Positions 1 through 13,649 of a stretch of DNA of 64,000 nucleotides are shown here, in pieces. The notes under the pieces are model-generated. The model saw only the letters and a list, made by a program, of their open reading frames with translations, made no database searches and was not told the DNA's origin. Source of the DNA: Octopus sinensis (Eukaryota); the NCBI RefSeq assembly GCF_006345805.1, contig NC_043003.1, forward strand, positions 65,534,001 to 65,598,000, given 5' to 3'. Every line of letters begins with the position of its first letter. Position 1 is the stretch's first letter. The translations under genes were made by a program, and so were the position numbers.

Positions 1-110
1 GTTGTGTACTGGAGTCCATCTAATCGACTGGCCCCCTCTCCTAAAATTCCGGGCCTAATGTCTTGAGTAGAAAAGATTATGTGTGTGTCTGTATGTTTGT
101 ATATATATAT

Positions 111-145
<35 letters not shown>

Positions 146-185
146 CCCACACAGAAAAAAAATTGATAGACAGACAGATACTCAG

Positions 186-280
186 TCAGATAGGTAGATA
201 GATAGATAGATAGATAGAAAGATAGGTATGTAGGTAGGTAGATGGATAGATAGATAAAGAGATAGATAGATATATCGATG

Positions 281-349
<69 letters not shown>

Positions 350-456
350 ATAGATAGATAGATAGATAGATAGATAGAAAGCTAGATAGATTAATAGACA
401 AATAGATAGATAGACAGATATATAAATGAATTGATGGATAGAAGGATAGATAGATA
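186..456. repeat. (GATA)n microsatellite
   Basis: Direct reading: imperfect tagataga tract. Confidence 0.9.
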
Positions 457-457
457 T

Positions 458-600
458 ATTTCTTTATTTAGCCACACAGGGCTGCACACAGACAGGACAA
501 AATTACAAGGTAGAGCTTTTCTTTTGGGCGTTAAAGAAGGGGGTTTGGTTTTCGATCAAAAGGGATCGTAAATGGAAAGAAAGAGGACACAAAAGGGAGG
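458..600 (-). mobile_element. Retroposon 3' end (LINE-like tail)
   Basis: Minus strand ends ttgtcctgtctgtgtgcagccctgtgtggctaataaagaaat, resembling the SINE tails near 21030-21080 and 21215-21265. Confidence 0.4.
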
Positions 601-1051
601 GGGATAGATAGATAGATAGATAGATAGACAGATAGATTGATGGATAGATAGATGGATAGCTAGATAGATACACACAAATAACAAATAGTGAAGTAGAAAC
701 ACAAAAGGATCCCTGTATGGTTTCTCACAGGAGAGCACATATAACTGAATATTTTTTTTATTTAGTAAATCTCTTAGGTTTTCTTCTCTAAATTTATTTA
801 TTTACACATTTGGTGAGGGGTGGGCTTCACAAAAGACTGAATGAACTAAACTATGAAGCCAATTACGTTTCCTCACATTTTACTTCTCTAATCAGGTATG
901 TGATTTTGCTGTTGCAGTTGTTAAATACCTAACACAATTTTGCGTGTGTGTGTGTGTGTGTGTGTGTGGTGCTCCAGAATGACCGTAGTCTGAAACGAAT
1001 AAAATGAATAAATAAATAAATATTTCTACATTATGTTTACATATCTTGACG

Positions 1052-1200
1052 ATCTGAGTTCAAACTCCGCCAAGGCCGACTTTGACTTTCATCCTTTCGG
1101 GGGTCGATAAATTAAGAACCAGTTGTGTACTGGAGTCCATCTAATCGACTGGCCCCCTCTCCTAAAATTCCGGGCCTAATGTCTTGAGTAGAAAAGATTA
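1052..1200 (+). mobile_element. tRNA-derived SINE (ttcatcctttcggggtcgataaattaagtacc-core family), partial
   Basis: B-box gagttcaaactcc plus a core shared with about 10 other copies in the window. Confidence 0.8.
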
Positions 1201-1257
1201 TGTGTGTGTCTGTATGTTTGTATATATATATATATATATAATATATATATATATATA

Positions 1258-1768
1258 CTAGCAGTATCGCCCGGCGTTGCTCGGGTTTGTAAGGGAAATA
1301 ACTATATAAGCATTTTTAGAGAGTTACTTCCCTTATAGATGCCAATTCGGGCTTTCTTAGCCATTTCTGTTTTGGTGTCTTGCAGCCATGAAGTCGATGT
1401 TCTAAAAGAACGCTGGTCTCCTTCACAACGCTTTACGACGTTGATTTCCTTACACTCCCTTCCCCACAGCTTCACGAGGGAGGGAAGAAGGGGGAGAAGC
1501 AAACAGGTGCAGGTGTGACCATGGACGCCAACTCCGCCGCCATCGACACACGAAAAATTATGCATTAAAATGGAATAAAAAATGATGTTAAATTATTTTT
1601 AAAATCGTAGACTCATCGTAGACGCGCGCTAATACTCAGACGAGCTCGATATGAATCACGACTATAAGATACCCGAATTTGGTTAAACTGCACCGCAAAA
1701 TGTGGGACTAGTTAGGAATCTAAATCGAAGGGGACAGACACTCACACAACTACAGTTTTATATATATA
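1258..1768 (-). mobile_element. Non-autonomous Helitron, copy 1
   Basis: Minus-strand 3' end is hairpin CCCGAGC-AAC-GCCGGG, then an 8-nt spacer, then CTAG|T. The 5' end reads TATATATATAAAAC and lacks the terminal TC. Confidence 0.75.
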
Positions 1769-2250
1769 CTAGCAGTATCGCCCGGCGTTGCTCGGGTTTG
1801 TAAGGGAAATAACTATATAAGCATCTTTAGATGCCAATTCGGGCTTTCTTAGCCATTTTTGTTTTGGTGTCTTCAAGCCATGAAGTCGTTGTTCTAAAAG
1901 AACGCTGGTCTCCTTCACAACGCTTTACGACGTTGATTTCTTTACACTCCCTTCCCCACAGCTTCACGAGGGAGGGAAGGGGGAGAAGCAAACAGGTGCA
2001 GCTGTGAGCGTGGACGCCAACTCCGCCGCCATCGACACACGATGCATTTTATGCATTAAAATGGAATAAAAAATGATGTTAAATTATTTTAAAAATCGTT
2101 GACGCGCGCTAATAGTCAGACGGGCTCGATATGAATCACGACTATAAGATACCCGAATTTGGTTAAACTGCACCGCAAAATGTGAGAGGAGTTAGGAATC
2201 TAAATCGAAGGGGACAGACACTCACACAACTAGAGTTTTATATATATAGA
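1769..2250 (-). mobile_element. Non-autonomous Helitron, copy 2
   Basis: Minus strand reads A|TCTATATATATAAAAC...hairpin...CTAG|T, giving canonical TC/CTAG termini and an A-T target. Highly similar to copy 1 with small indels. Confidence 0.8.
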
Positions 2251-2289
2251 TATATATATATATATATGATTATATATGTATATTAATAG

Positions 2290-2590
2290 AGCACTCCGTC
2301 GGTTACGACGACGAAGGTACCAGCTGATACGATCAACGGAATCTAACATGCAAGTGGCTGAGCACTCCACAGACACGTGGAATAGTTTTCAAGAAGATCC
2401 AGCGTGACACAGATTGTGACAAGGCTGGCCCTTTTGAAATACAAGTACCACTCATTTTTGCCAGCTGAGTGGACTAGAGCAACGTGAAACAAAGTGTCTT
2501 GCTCAAGGACACAACGTGTCGCCGGGAATTGAACGCACCACTTTACGATCACGAGCTAATTGCCCTAACCACTAAGACACGCGTCTTCGC
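2290..2590 (-). mobile_element. tRNA-derived SINE (gtgtccttgagcaagacactt core, tail X)
   Basis: A-box-like tcttagtgg and B-box gttcaattcc. The 3' half matches 3735-3908. Confidence 0.75.
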
Positions 2591-2619
2591 ATATATATGT
2601 GTTCATGTATGTATGTATG

Positions 2620-2738
<119 letters not shown>

Positions 2739-2780
2739 AGTATATGAAAGAATGGAGTTGAACCACTAGTTAACAAATAT

Positions 2781-2879
2781 CCTTTATTCTCGACATATGT
2801 TTCGAAGGCTGCATATGTTTCGAAGGCTGCATATTCCTAAGGAGTACATTATGCAGATTTCTCATCAGGAAAATCAAGG
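2781..2879 (-). ncRNA. Type I hammerhead ribozyme motif
   Basis: Stem I CCTTGATTTTC/GAGAATAAAGG, core CTGATGA, stem II GAAATCTGCATA/TATGCAGCCTTC, GAAA, palindromic stem III ACATATGT, GUC cleavage triplet. Contains an 18-bp duplication. Confidence 0.75.
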
Positions 2880-3090
2880 AACTTATGTCGACATCAAAAT
2901 GCACAAAAAACTTTTAGCTGACCGCTCTCAAGGAGCCCATGGCGATAATAATCAAATTTCCGCACGAAGACATGTAGTCTATGCCCTAGGGATGTAGCTT
3001 CAATCGTGTTCTTTCTGATGTGAGTTTGCTACCCAGGTATCGGTTATCTTTCGAATTATCCTTAATAAGATAATTCATTCAATTACTCAA

Positions 3091-3121
<31 letters not shown>

Positions 3122-3538
3122 CATATATTTGCTTCTGTGAATATGTATATTTCTAACTGAGTACGCATACAAACACAGACATACGCACAATATACACGCT
3201 CATGTACTCACATATATATTCTACTAGAAACACAAATATCTCTGCCGTTTTCTCCTAATGTATGTAATATACATACCAATGGTTACACCCACCAACAATC
3301 TCACACTGTGATGCCAGTGATGCAGTGGCTTAAGTGGAGCTTGGTCACAATCTGGTTGAAAATATTTGATTTTGTTCTTAACAAGTAGAGCTACAACCCC
3401 TACGTCTTGTTAAATTTATAGCGTTATAAAGACCATAGAAAAGCTCAATTCGCCCTCGATCATTTATTCTAAAGTCATATGTAAGAAGTGGTTTTACTGT
3501 AGGATGGGAATCAGTATGGATAGTACATAAGATAGAGT

Positions 3539-3908
3539 GGAGGCGCAATGGCCCAGTGGTTAGAGTGCGGCTTTGGGGTTGTGAGATCACAGTTTCGATT
3601 ACCATGCCGGGCGTTGTGAGTGTTTATTGAGCAAAAACGCCAGAAGGTCCACGAGGCTCCGGCAGAGAGTTGTGGCGAAGCCCGCAGTACTCTTTCACCC
3701 CAACTTTCTCTCACAGTTTCTTCCTGTTTCTGTTGAACCTGTATTTCAAAGGGCGAGCCTTGTCACACTGAATCTCCCCAAGAACTATGTCAAGGGCACA
3801 CGTGTCTGTGGAGAGCTCAGCCACTTGCACATTAATTTCATGAGAATGCTGTTCCGTTGATCGGATCAGCAGGAACCCTCGTCGTCGTCGGAACCAACGG
3901 AGTGCCAC
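3539..3908 (+). mobile_element. tRNA-derived SINE (head B, tail X)
   Basis: A-box tggcccagtgg and degenerate B-box gtttcgattacc. Head matches 34390-34530 and tail matches 2290-2450. Confidence 0.75.
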
Positions 3909-3914
3909 TCCATA

Positions 3915-4078
3915 AGGTTCAAGAAGACTTTGGACAAATTCCTTCAAGAAATCCCGGATAAACCTCTTACACCCGGATATGTTCCCGCAAGCAGTAACTT
4001 TCTACTAGAGTGGGCCATGTTGTCCGATTCCCGATTTGAATGACTAGTGGCCGAAATCTATCAAAGTATCAAAGTAAG
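3915..4078 (+). mobile_element. CR1-group LINE 3' fragment
   Basis: Translates FKKTLDKFLQEIPDKPLTPGYVPASSNFLLEWAM, matching LDRFLQRIPDKPPIIGYNSPNKNSLLEW at 23552-23660. Ends in a tatcaaag tandem tail. Confidence 0.7.
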
Positions 4079-4899
4079 ACGTACATATTACATATCATAA
4101 ATCATATGTGTGTGAAGTAATAGTTATATACAACAGAATCTAAAATCAATACTATTGTGAATGTTATTTTACTATAAAACCAAAACATATACGCATTTAC
4201 CTGTCCGTATTTTATATGAAAAACCACTTAAAAATTAAAACTAAACTTCTCGGGTAATTTGCAATGTTTTTTTCTTTCTGATCTCACCGTTAGACAGGGA
4301 CATGTAGCATGGACGATACAGTTTAGTATATCTGATACTAAAGAGAAAGAAGTTACCATCAAACCGGATTACTGTTCCCCGAAAACTTAGACGATTTCGA
4401 ACTCCGCTTCTAAATTTGACCGGGTAGCAGGAAGGACTGTTAAACAGAATGGCGCTTTAAATTTACAAGCGATCATTTGACATTGTTTACAGGTGGTGAA
4501 GGAATACATTCTTAATTAATATCACACTTGGTTGTCATAGTTTTATGAAACGAATACAGAACGTTATGCATAAACTATTTTTAAATAAAAATATAGAAAA
4601 CCCCTACTAAAACAAACAAAAAAAAATATTACCTTCTATGCTTATAGTGAACTGGCGTTCGATATTTCAGAATATTTCTGTATATTATAGTATTTTTATG
4701 ATAATGGGCGGTTCGGTGGATTTACAGTCGAATGGAGTTTTATCATGCATGTCGATATATACACGCCCATATGCATTTATATTTATAGTTACAGCAACAC
4801 TCACCATTAATCATATATTCTCGTATAAACTCACGCACACTAACACATGCATATGAAAATATACATTCACAAACATACATAAATACACACATAGTATAC

Positions 4900-5076
4900 A
4901 TAGTCTTATACAAACATACATACATACATACACATATATAAATATAAATATAAATATATATATATATATATGTATATATGTCTATATATGTATAGGTATG
5001 GATGTATGTGTATACATATATATATTCGCTCACACACACATATATATGTATATATACATATCTCTATATGAAAGTG

Positions 5077-5113
<37 letters not shown>

Positions 5114-5193
5114 GTATATTTCATATATATATATATATATATATAATATATATATATATCTATATATATATACATAAATATATATATATATAC

Positions 5194-5287
<94 letters not shown>

Positions 5288-5320
5288 CATAAATATATAT
5301 ATATGTATGTTTGTATGTAT
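4900..5320. repeat. (TA)n-rich microsatellite
   Basis: Direct reading. Similar tracts occur throughout, e.g. 2620-2740, 11820-12260, 22725-23005, 43828-44075, 48110-48395 and 50530-50746. Confidence 0.95.
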
Positions 5321-5722
5321 TTACGCGCACATGCATTCAGCCAAGTGTATGGACATATAGAACAGGAGCCGTATGTTACAAATGAAAGTTGTGCATTTTC
5401 TTTATTTACTTTTTGTATTCAGGAGAGACTTTATGTGAACAGCGGCATATATCTTTACACTACTGTAACAACGAAGAAGAATGGTGTGAAATAAATCACC
5501 AGAAAGACTCTATTGACCATAAATAATTTATTACACAGAATGTCTGCTTCTCATTGCTATGCACAGGCAGGTAATATCCAGCTATAGAAGATAGTGAAAA
5601 ATAAAATGAAATAAAAAAGTTCCAAAAAAAAAAGAAAAAGAAATAGATAAAACATATCAGAAAGTGAAGTAGAAAATACAGCTTTAGTAACAACTTTAGT
5701 AACAGCAAAACAATAACTGTGG

Positions 5723-5816
<94 letters not shown>

Positions 5817-5999
5817 TAATGATATAAGGAATATGACGATGATGATAAGGTTGATAACAAGATTGTATTATTATTATTATAAGTATTATTATTATTATTA
5901 TTAGTAGTAGTTGTAGTATTAGTAGTAGTAACAACAACAACACCACAATAATAATAGTAATAATATTGAAGATGAATTAGGATGATGAGGATGATGATG

Positions 6000-6036
<37 letters not shown>

Positions 6037-6107
6037 TGAGGATAATAATAATAATGATGAGGATAATAATAATAATAATAATAATAATATAATAATAATA
6101 ATAATAA

Positions 6108-6154
<47 letters not shown>

Positions 6155-6185
6155 CAACAACAACAACAACAACAATAATAATAAT
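5723..6185. repeat. Compound (TAC)n/(TAT)n/(TAA)n/(CAA)n microsatellite
   Basis: Direct reading. Confidence 0.95.
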
Positions 6186-6507
6186 TGTAATATTTTTTTC
6201 CTGCAACTGGGCTCATTCATCCAAACACAAAAAGAAAAACGTTACAAATTTGTGACAAAAATATGTGAATAGATAAAGTTATATAAGAATGTGAGGAGAG
6301 GGAAAGCTCACTACATATGTTTCGAAAAATATTTTATTTAAATTTATTCCACGAAATAATATTTTCTGCCTCGTTCCAAATTTAGAATATGTACTGCCGA
6401 AGCTTGTACATTTATTAAACAAAATAATAAAAACAATAATTACAGGCAAAGCCATGCAATACCATTAGAGGAGTACAATTTTACGAAAAGAGACAAAATG
6501 GTAACCA

Positions 6508-6675
6508 AGGTGCCGGTGTGGCTGTGTTGTAAGAAGCTTTCCTCCCCAGCGCATGACTCATGGTTCAGTCCCTCTGCATGACATCTTGGGTAAGTGTCTT
6601 GTACTATAGCCTCAGGTCGATAGAATCCTTGTTAGTGCATTTTGTAAACGGAAAGTGCGCGGACGACTGTCGCAT
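6508..6675 (+). mobile_element. CORE-like tRNA SINE (tggctgtgtggtaag...ggttcagtccc...ttgggcaagtgtcttctactatagcc family)
   Basis: A/B boxes and core. Other copies at about 8890-8952(-), 15400-15560(-), 23275-23420(-), 35445-35615(-) and 47958-48110(+). Confidence 0.7.
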
Positions 6676-6719
6676 ATATATATATATATATATATATATG
6701 GACCACTGAACGCTCCATA

Positions 6720-6870
6720 TATTTTTCATTCTCTCTCCGCCTATGCCCTGTTGAAGAGCATAGACTCGAAACATAATTGACTTTTTCATTTTTCCCGAGC
6801 GTCAAATTACTACACTTGCTTGTTGTTCATACAGCTGTCTTCGTCTTTTTTTCTATAAACTTCAACAATA
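6720..6870 (+). mobile_element. PLE pseudo-LTR-like fragment with degenerate HHR
   Basis: CTGTTGA-AGAG-catagaCTC-GAAACATA followed by cccgagcgtcaaattactacacttgcttgttg, related to 20160-20295 and 42570-42635(-). Confidence 0.4.
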
Positions 6871-8368
6871 TATATATATATATACATATGTGTGTGTATA
6901 TATATTTTTATATATGTCTGTGTGTGTATATATATCTATATGCCCATGTGTTTGTGTCTGCATCTGTGTTTGTCTCCCCGCCACCGTCAGTGTTGGTTTG
7001 TTTACGCCTCTGTAACTTACCGGTTCAGCAAACGAGACCAATAGACTAAGCCACAGGCTTGAAAACATAAATACTGTTTGTCAGAGTAAACGAGAAAGAG
7101 TACACAACCAACAAATAATTAAGTTAGAGGTTTTCACAACGCAGCGAAGTGATTTTCATGTGTAGCCTACCTGTCTTATGCACGTGCCATATAATCGGAA
7201 TGCATACCCTAACAAATATGTAATCGATTATTTTCTAAATGGTTTTGCACTAGATGTTGCCGCATTAACAGAATTGTTCACTTATTTATGCAGTAAAATC
7301 TGAGATCAACGATGAAGCGTACTCCTGTGGTATTAGAGAAAACATTTTTTCTAAGATTTAGCTGTGCCCGACATTGTACTATTATTTTTCAAACTCATCC
7401 TCGGGAAAATATGTGGTTAGTACTATAAACCGCAGTATTTTGAATTTGTTGTGGTCAGCTCCGGTCACTGAGATGCAAATGACTGTTTTCTTGCCTTTAA
7501 TTGATGTTACAACACGTTGTACCCTGGAACAACAGTTTCTCTGATTGTTTCTTCTACTTTTCAGCTCTTGTGCACAGAAAAGTTTCAAATACCCGATATC
7601 ACACGTACGACGAGTTTTTTTCTCTACTGCCCCCGCTTATATACTTGCATTTTTTTGTGCATCCGCCAAGAGCTACATGTCCAAAATAGCACTGGGGCTC
7701 TTTACGATCAACAGAAACTCCATGTCCATAGACTTCACCCAGCAACAGATCACCTGTGCCTTTAACTTCAACCTATACCGTCCCACAATCTTGCAAAAAA
7801 TCAATGGTCAACTTTACTACGAATTCTCCATTTTGTGTCTTCCATATTCCGTCGAGTCATACATTTCGGCACTTGTCTGTAGGAATTGTAAACCAAGTCC
7901 AACTCACGATTGATCAATGGTTGAATAAAATACCAACAAATGAACAGAGGACGTGTGCATTACATAATCAGAAAGTGACACATTTTACACTATTTACTTT
8001 TCATGAGTGACATTCTGATGCTAAATTGAGCAAAACTGTAATCAATCACATTTTCAGCATGGTTAACCCTTATGCATGTCAGTTACAGCATTATTCAAAG
8101 TGTTCCGTAAATGCTAAAGCTCATAGAGAATCTTCAATGCTGTCTTCCATTACACATTACATATATATGCAACTCATCAATTATTACGTTGCTACAATAT
8201 TTTGTAATACAGTAACCAGTTTACGTTTGCTTCAGCCTCCAGTCGCCTCTCCGTTACACTCTCATTTTCTCACCTGCTGCGCTCTAAATGTATGTAAATG
8301 CACGCGGTCTCACCTATGCGTGTGTTTGCGCGCGCGCATGTATTGATAGACCTTTACTGAAAACATGG

Positions 8369-8518
<150 letters not shown>

Positions 8519-8679
8519 TGCCTATCTATCTCACTGTTTATACACATATGTATGTATCCGTGTATATATATATATGCATGTATGTGTAACCCCACTATTT
8601 ACTGACTTATATATATATATATATATATGTAACAGCTTTTGATCTAAATTATATTCATATATATATATATATATATATA

Positions 8680-8752
8680 TAATTAGATAAATGTTTTCGA
8701 CCAAAAATATACCTTGCCCATGTCTAACTTAATAACAACACCTCATAAATTC
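8680..8752 (-). mobile_element. CR1-group LINE extreme 3' end remnant
   Basis: tttcgacca...ccatgtctaacttaataacaacacct matches 23475-23525. Abuts (TA)n. Confidence 0.55.
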
Positions 8753-11453
8753 AGTTAATTTATTTTTAAGTCTCTGTTTTGGGGTCATGGCCCTTTCAAT
8801 TAGCGAGCTGTTTTTATCTGAGATATATCCAGGTAAAGATGGCTTATCTACTGATGAGACAAGATCTTTTTCCGTCTTCAATTTGCTTTACGATTCTGAA
8901 ACCAGAACCATGCGGTTGGTAAGCAAGATACTTACCACACAGCCACTCCTATTTACCTGCAAAATTTAGTTTTCTTTCTTTTGTTCATAAAGATACTTTG
9001 TAAAATAACTGTCAGCAACTTACGTACTTAGCCTACGTTTTCCTCATATCTATACACACATGCAGACATTTGCACATATATACGAACTCACATACACACG
9101 GCTATTTGTAAATAGAAACCCATCTGTAGCTGTGTTTCACAGGCAGTATAACTTACATTCTGTTAATCTGTCTATCGGTTCTCACAATCAACATAACGTG
9201 TGATGATATAACTAGAGATATTCGTATGCTGTGGATGATTATTTTTCTGCTAATATAACACTTAAGCGATTTCTTCCACAATGCATCATCACTTTGAGTG
9301 GTTATTTCACACATTCAGTCAAATACCTTCCTCTATTCCAATTCAAGGTGCCAGCAAATGATGGCATACATTAACTCGAGAGGGAAAGTATAACTGTTTG
9401 GATAGTTTTCTGAAAGAATGATCAGTTTGTGATGAAAGTTAATAAGTTAACTTCGAAAATGCGATAAGTTTTGACTATATCACGTGGCAATTTGTGTGCT
9501 TTCCAGTAAAATTGGGTAGGCGCAAATTGTACGGAAGCTCAATGGACAATACATATGCTCGGGGCTTAATGCTGCCACCTTAGCTTAATATTGGTTGTGA
9601 ACTGGAGACATCTTTAAAAGCAAATACTGTACACTTGGCATATTTGTTCTCACTCTTCTCGTTCTCCCCGATCTCTCCCTTTTTCTCTCTTTCTCTTCAT
9701 CTCCCCCTCGACATTGAGGTCGAATTCAGTCAAGTCGAAATTACACAACAAGAAATTACCATTCCAAGTCGGTTGAATGATAGAATTGTTTGATCATATT
9801 TTTGTGTTTTAACCCTTCTAAGCTGAAATTGTACCTTGCGTTACTGGCATCATTGTGGCGGTAAAAGAGTTTCTGAGGACGGGGCTCGGTAAATATATAT
9901 TCCCAATACTAGACATCACAGTTTATTGAATTAAACAGCGCACAAAATGTGAAAAATAGGACAAGTAATCAGACAGGAAAATATTATTGCTTGGTCATTT
10001 TTATTTCTTTTGTAATTTTCATGTTTAATACATTTCTTACCATACTTAGGTTCAGAGTATTGGACTATGTATTTGGGACGGTATTCGGTGAGAAGTTATG
10101 AGCAAGCTATTCCAGTTATATCATATGGACAAATGTCTTTTATAAGTCTACAGCAGACGATAGTGTGGGAGAAAGGGCAGTAACCTTTGTAGTGTGCCAC
10201 TGGGTTCAAATTTACAAACACCCTGAGAATGATATCGACAGCTCATTTTTCATTTTTAGCTGTTTTGTCAGCATGCACTGCGTTTAATTTTGAGATTAAT
10301 GAAGAATTTAGTAAAACAACTATACCATTGATAATCAGTGTCTAGATCATAAAATAATATGAAATTTTGAAGTATAGTTTTAATTCAAATAATTTTAAAA
10401 GGTTATTTGTATCCTAAAAACAAGAGCAGCTACGGCCAGATGGTACTAGAAACTAATTGATTCTTTGGAAGTAAAGTGATATCGCTATAAAAGAAATTAA
10501 GTATACATATCGATAAACGTTTTGCATACCATATGTCTATGCAACCAAGATTATTTAATCTTTTTTCTGAAATATCTTAAAACAAAATGGAGACACGACA
10601 TATTCGTGTTAAGGCTGTGAGCATTGTTGCTCTTGTCAATGTATTGTTTCTTAGGGGCAGTCCAGAATCAATATGTGTTATATTGTTTTATGAAAAAATA
10701 CATAAGAGTAATCAAGCTATCTGATTTTCGGGTAGAATATATCAGTGATTACACCTGATGTATAATTCCGTTTTTTTTTTTTAATAACCGAACGATATGT
10801 GAGGTAGAGTTATCTGCTATTTGTAGACAATCGTCATTTTACAGAAGAGTTATCTTGTTAATTTTTCTTTCCTTCTTTATATATCTGTGCGTGTGTGTGA
10901 ATGTATGTGGTGTATTTCTGTGTGGTTGTATATATGTATATATGCGTGTGTGTATATAGATATATGTAAAAATGCATTTGCATGTGTATTTGTTTATGCA
11001 CACACGCACACACATATATGCATATGCGCGCGCATATACATATGTTCTTTTGTGTGTATGTGCGTGTGTCTGTGATCTTCACTCTTTAATGTCTTCGATA
11101 TTGATGAGGAAACCGTGAAAAAATTTATATACTTTTTCTATTGGAAAGAATATTATCTCGAAAGTAGGTTTACATTAATTCGTTCATTATATATAATTAT
11201 TCGCGTAATTTTGAAATTTGCTTCACGTATACAGCAGCATAACAGTCGTAGTTAAAACACTCGTGCGTACACACACACACACACACACGCACACACACGC
11301 GCACACACACACTCACACATATGCAAACGCGTACAAGTATATATATGGAACAGGATTGTATAACTAACAAGTCTATGAAACAGCTGTAAACGACTGGGAA
11401 AAAAACAACTGCACTCATTTCACTTCTCTTTTATGTTATACATATAAATATGC

Positions 11454-11454
<1 letters not shown>

Positions 11455-11530
<76 letters not shown>

Positions 11531-11620
11531 TGACAGTGAAAGAGAAAGAGAGACATAAAGGGAGGACCTGAGAGAGAGACAAAAAGACAGACAGACGAGT
11601 GAGAAAGAGAGAGAGAGACT
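11455..11620. repeat. (GA)n microsatellite
   Basis: Direct reading. Confidence 0.95.
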
Positions 11621-11825
11621 TTGGGCTTTCATACAGTCTCTGTCTACCGCATTTATTCATAAAGCATTGCGCGACGAAGTGTTATAGTGAAAGCGCTTGC
11701 CCATGATGTCACAAAATGGAACTAACCGGAAAGCATGCGTTACAAGAAAAACACACAGCTATCTCTGCGCCTATAAAGGATATTTAAATGTGTGTGTGTG
11801 CGAGTGCGTTGTGTGCATGTATATA

Positions 11826-11911
<86 letters not shown>

Positions 11912-12046
11912 ATATGTATATGTATATATAATATATATTATATATATTATACATATATATGTATATATATATATATATATAATATTATACATATGTACAT
12001 ATATATATATATAATATATATATATACATATGTACATATATATATA

Positions 12047-12081
<35 letters not shown>

Positions 12082-12156
12082 AAGATATATACATATACGT
12101 TTATATAAATATACGTATATATATATACATATATATATAATATATATATATAATAT

Positions 12157-12209
<53 letters not shown>

Positions 12210-12477
12210 TATATATATTATATATATATATATATAAGTATATTTATATATATGTTTATACAAAGCTGTCTATAGTAAATGATAACCGATGTCTATATTT
12301 CCTGAAATATCTAGTTATCTAGTCATCTCTCTCACGAAGAGTCATCTCATTCATCTATTCCTTCTTATCTATGTACACTCACACACAGAGACACATGCAC
12401 GCGCACACAAACACACACGCAGAGGAAACCACAGGGTCACATGCACACATAAGCATGCTAACATGTACAGCTATATC

Positions 12478-12524
<47 letters not shown>

Positions 12525-12548
12525 TATATATATATTATATATATAATG

Positions 12549-12582
<34 letters not shown>

Positions 12583-13649
12583 TGTATGCATGTATATATA
12601 TATACCTAAATGGATGTATATACATGCATGCATATAGACATACTTATAGGTGTATATATATATATTTGTATGTGTGTGTGTGTGTGCATATATACACATA
12701 CATACACACACACACATGTTACTAATGCAAACTTCGAAACCTACCATTAGTATCATCAATATTAATAACACAATGTGTCTAGAATTAATGATTGCAAAGC
12801 TCGGTGCTTGCTAGATATTGCGATTGCATAGCTTTGGGAGAATATGAATGCGTCACGGAGAATCTAAGTCTGTCTGCTTTGAGGAATTGTTGCGTCGGAA
12901 GACTTGATGCCATCTTTATTAATTCCTTGCTTTCCATGCATCTGGAGAGAACAGACAGCGACTACCTAATCAAACTGTCCATCTTAATTGGTGTGAAATG
13001 CACGAAATTTTTATTAAAGTCACTTTTCCAATATCCTAGCGGCTTCTCTCACTACCATATTTTTGTTTTTATAATTTTTTTTCATTTTTGTTTCTTTATT
13101 TTCCTTATTTTCGTATATACTCTCTGATTCTCTCTGGCTAACAACCTGTATCTTTCTCTTTCGATGTCTTTGCTGAAGTCTTCATTTTGGCCTACTCTTC
13201 TTATACTCTGTATCTTACCATCTCTTGAGTTCTGTCTCATTGTTCTTCCACCGATTGTCTCTCCGTATTTGTCAAACTGTCTTTCTCTATCGGCCGCAAA
13301 CAATTATATATATAAGAAAAAAACAATAACAAAAACAGACAAGCATAATCCTTCTACTTCAAATAAATACATTATACATTCTGTCTCCGTCTCTCTTTCT
13401 TTTTCTCTTTAAACACACTCACATATTTTAGGAGAGAGTGTGTGTGTGTGTGTGAAAGAGAGAGACATACATAAAAGGGAGAGAAAGGGAGATAGAGACA
13501 TGCATAATAAATACATATATGCATGTAAATTTAAACATATATACAGATATATATACGTACATATACATATATTACATGATATAATATATATGTATATATA
13601 TATATATATTCATATATATATATATATATATATTATATACAGAGAGAGG

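Noticed and set aside
860-900. Minus-strand CTGATTA...GAAACGTA; similar weak motifs near 6310-6375, 33160-33195, 52600-52655 and 57315-57355
   Set aside because: The core is mutated or stems do not pair. They may be decayed HHRs but cannot be supported individually.
4280-4390. Possible exon GHVAWTIQFSISDTKEKEVTIKPDYCSPKT after a pyrimidine tract
   Set aside because: Short, with no recognisable domain and no partner exons.
4743-6220. YI-repeat and poly-L/I/Y ORFs, and similar ORFs throughout the window
   Set aside because: Microsatellite translations.
8851-8880. CTGATGA-GAC...GTC hammerhead-like start
   Set aside because: No GAAA or stem III follows.
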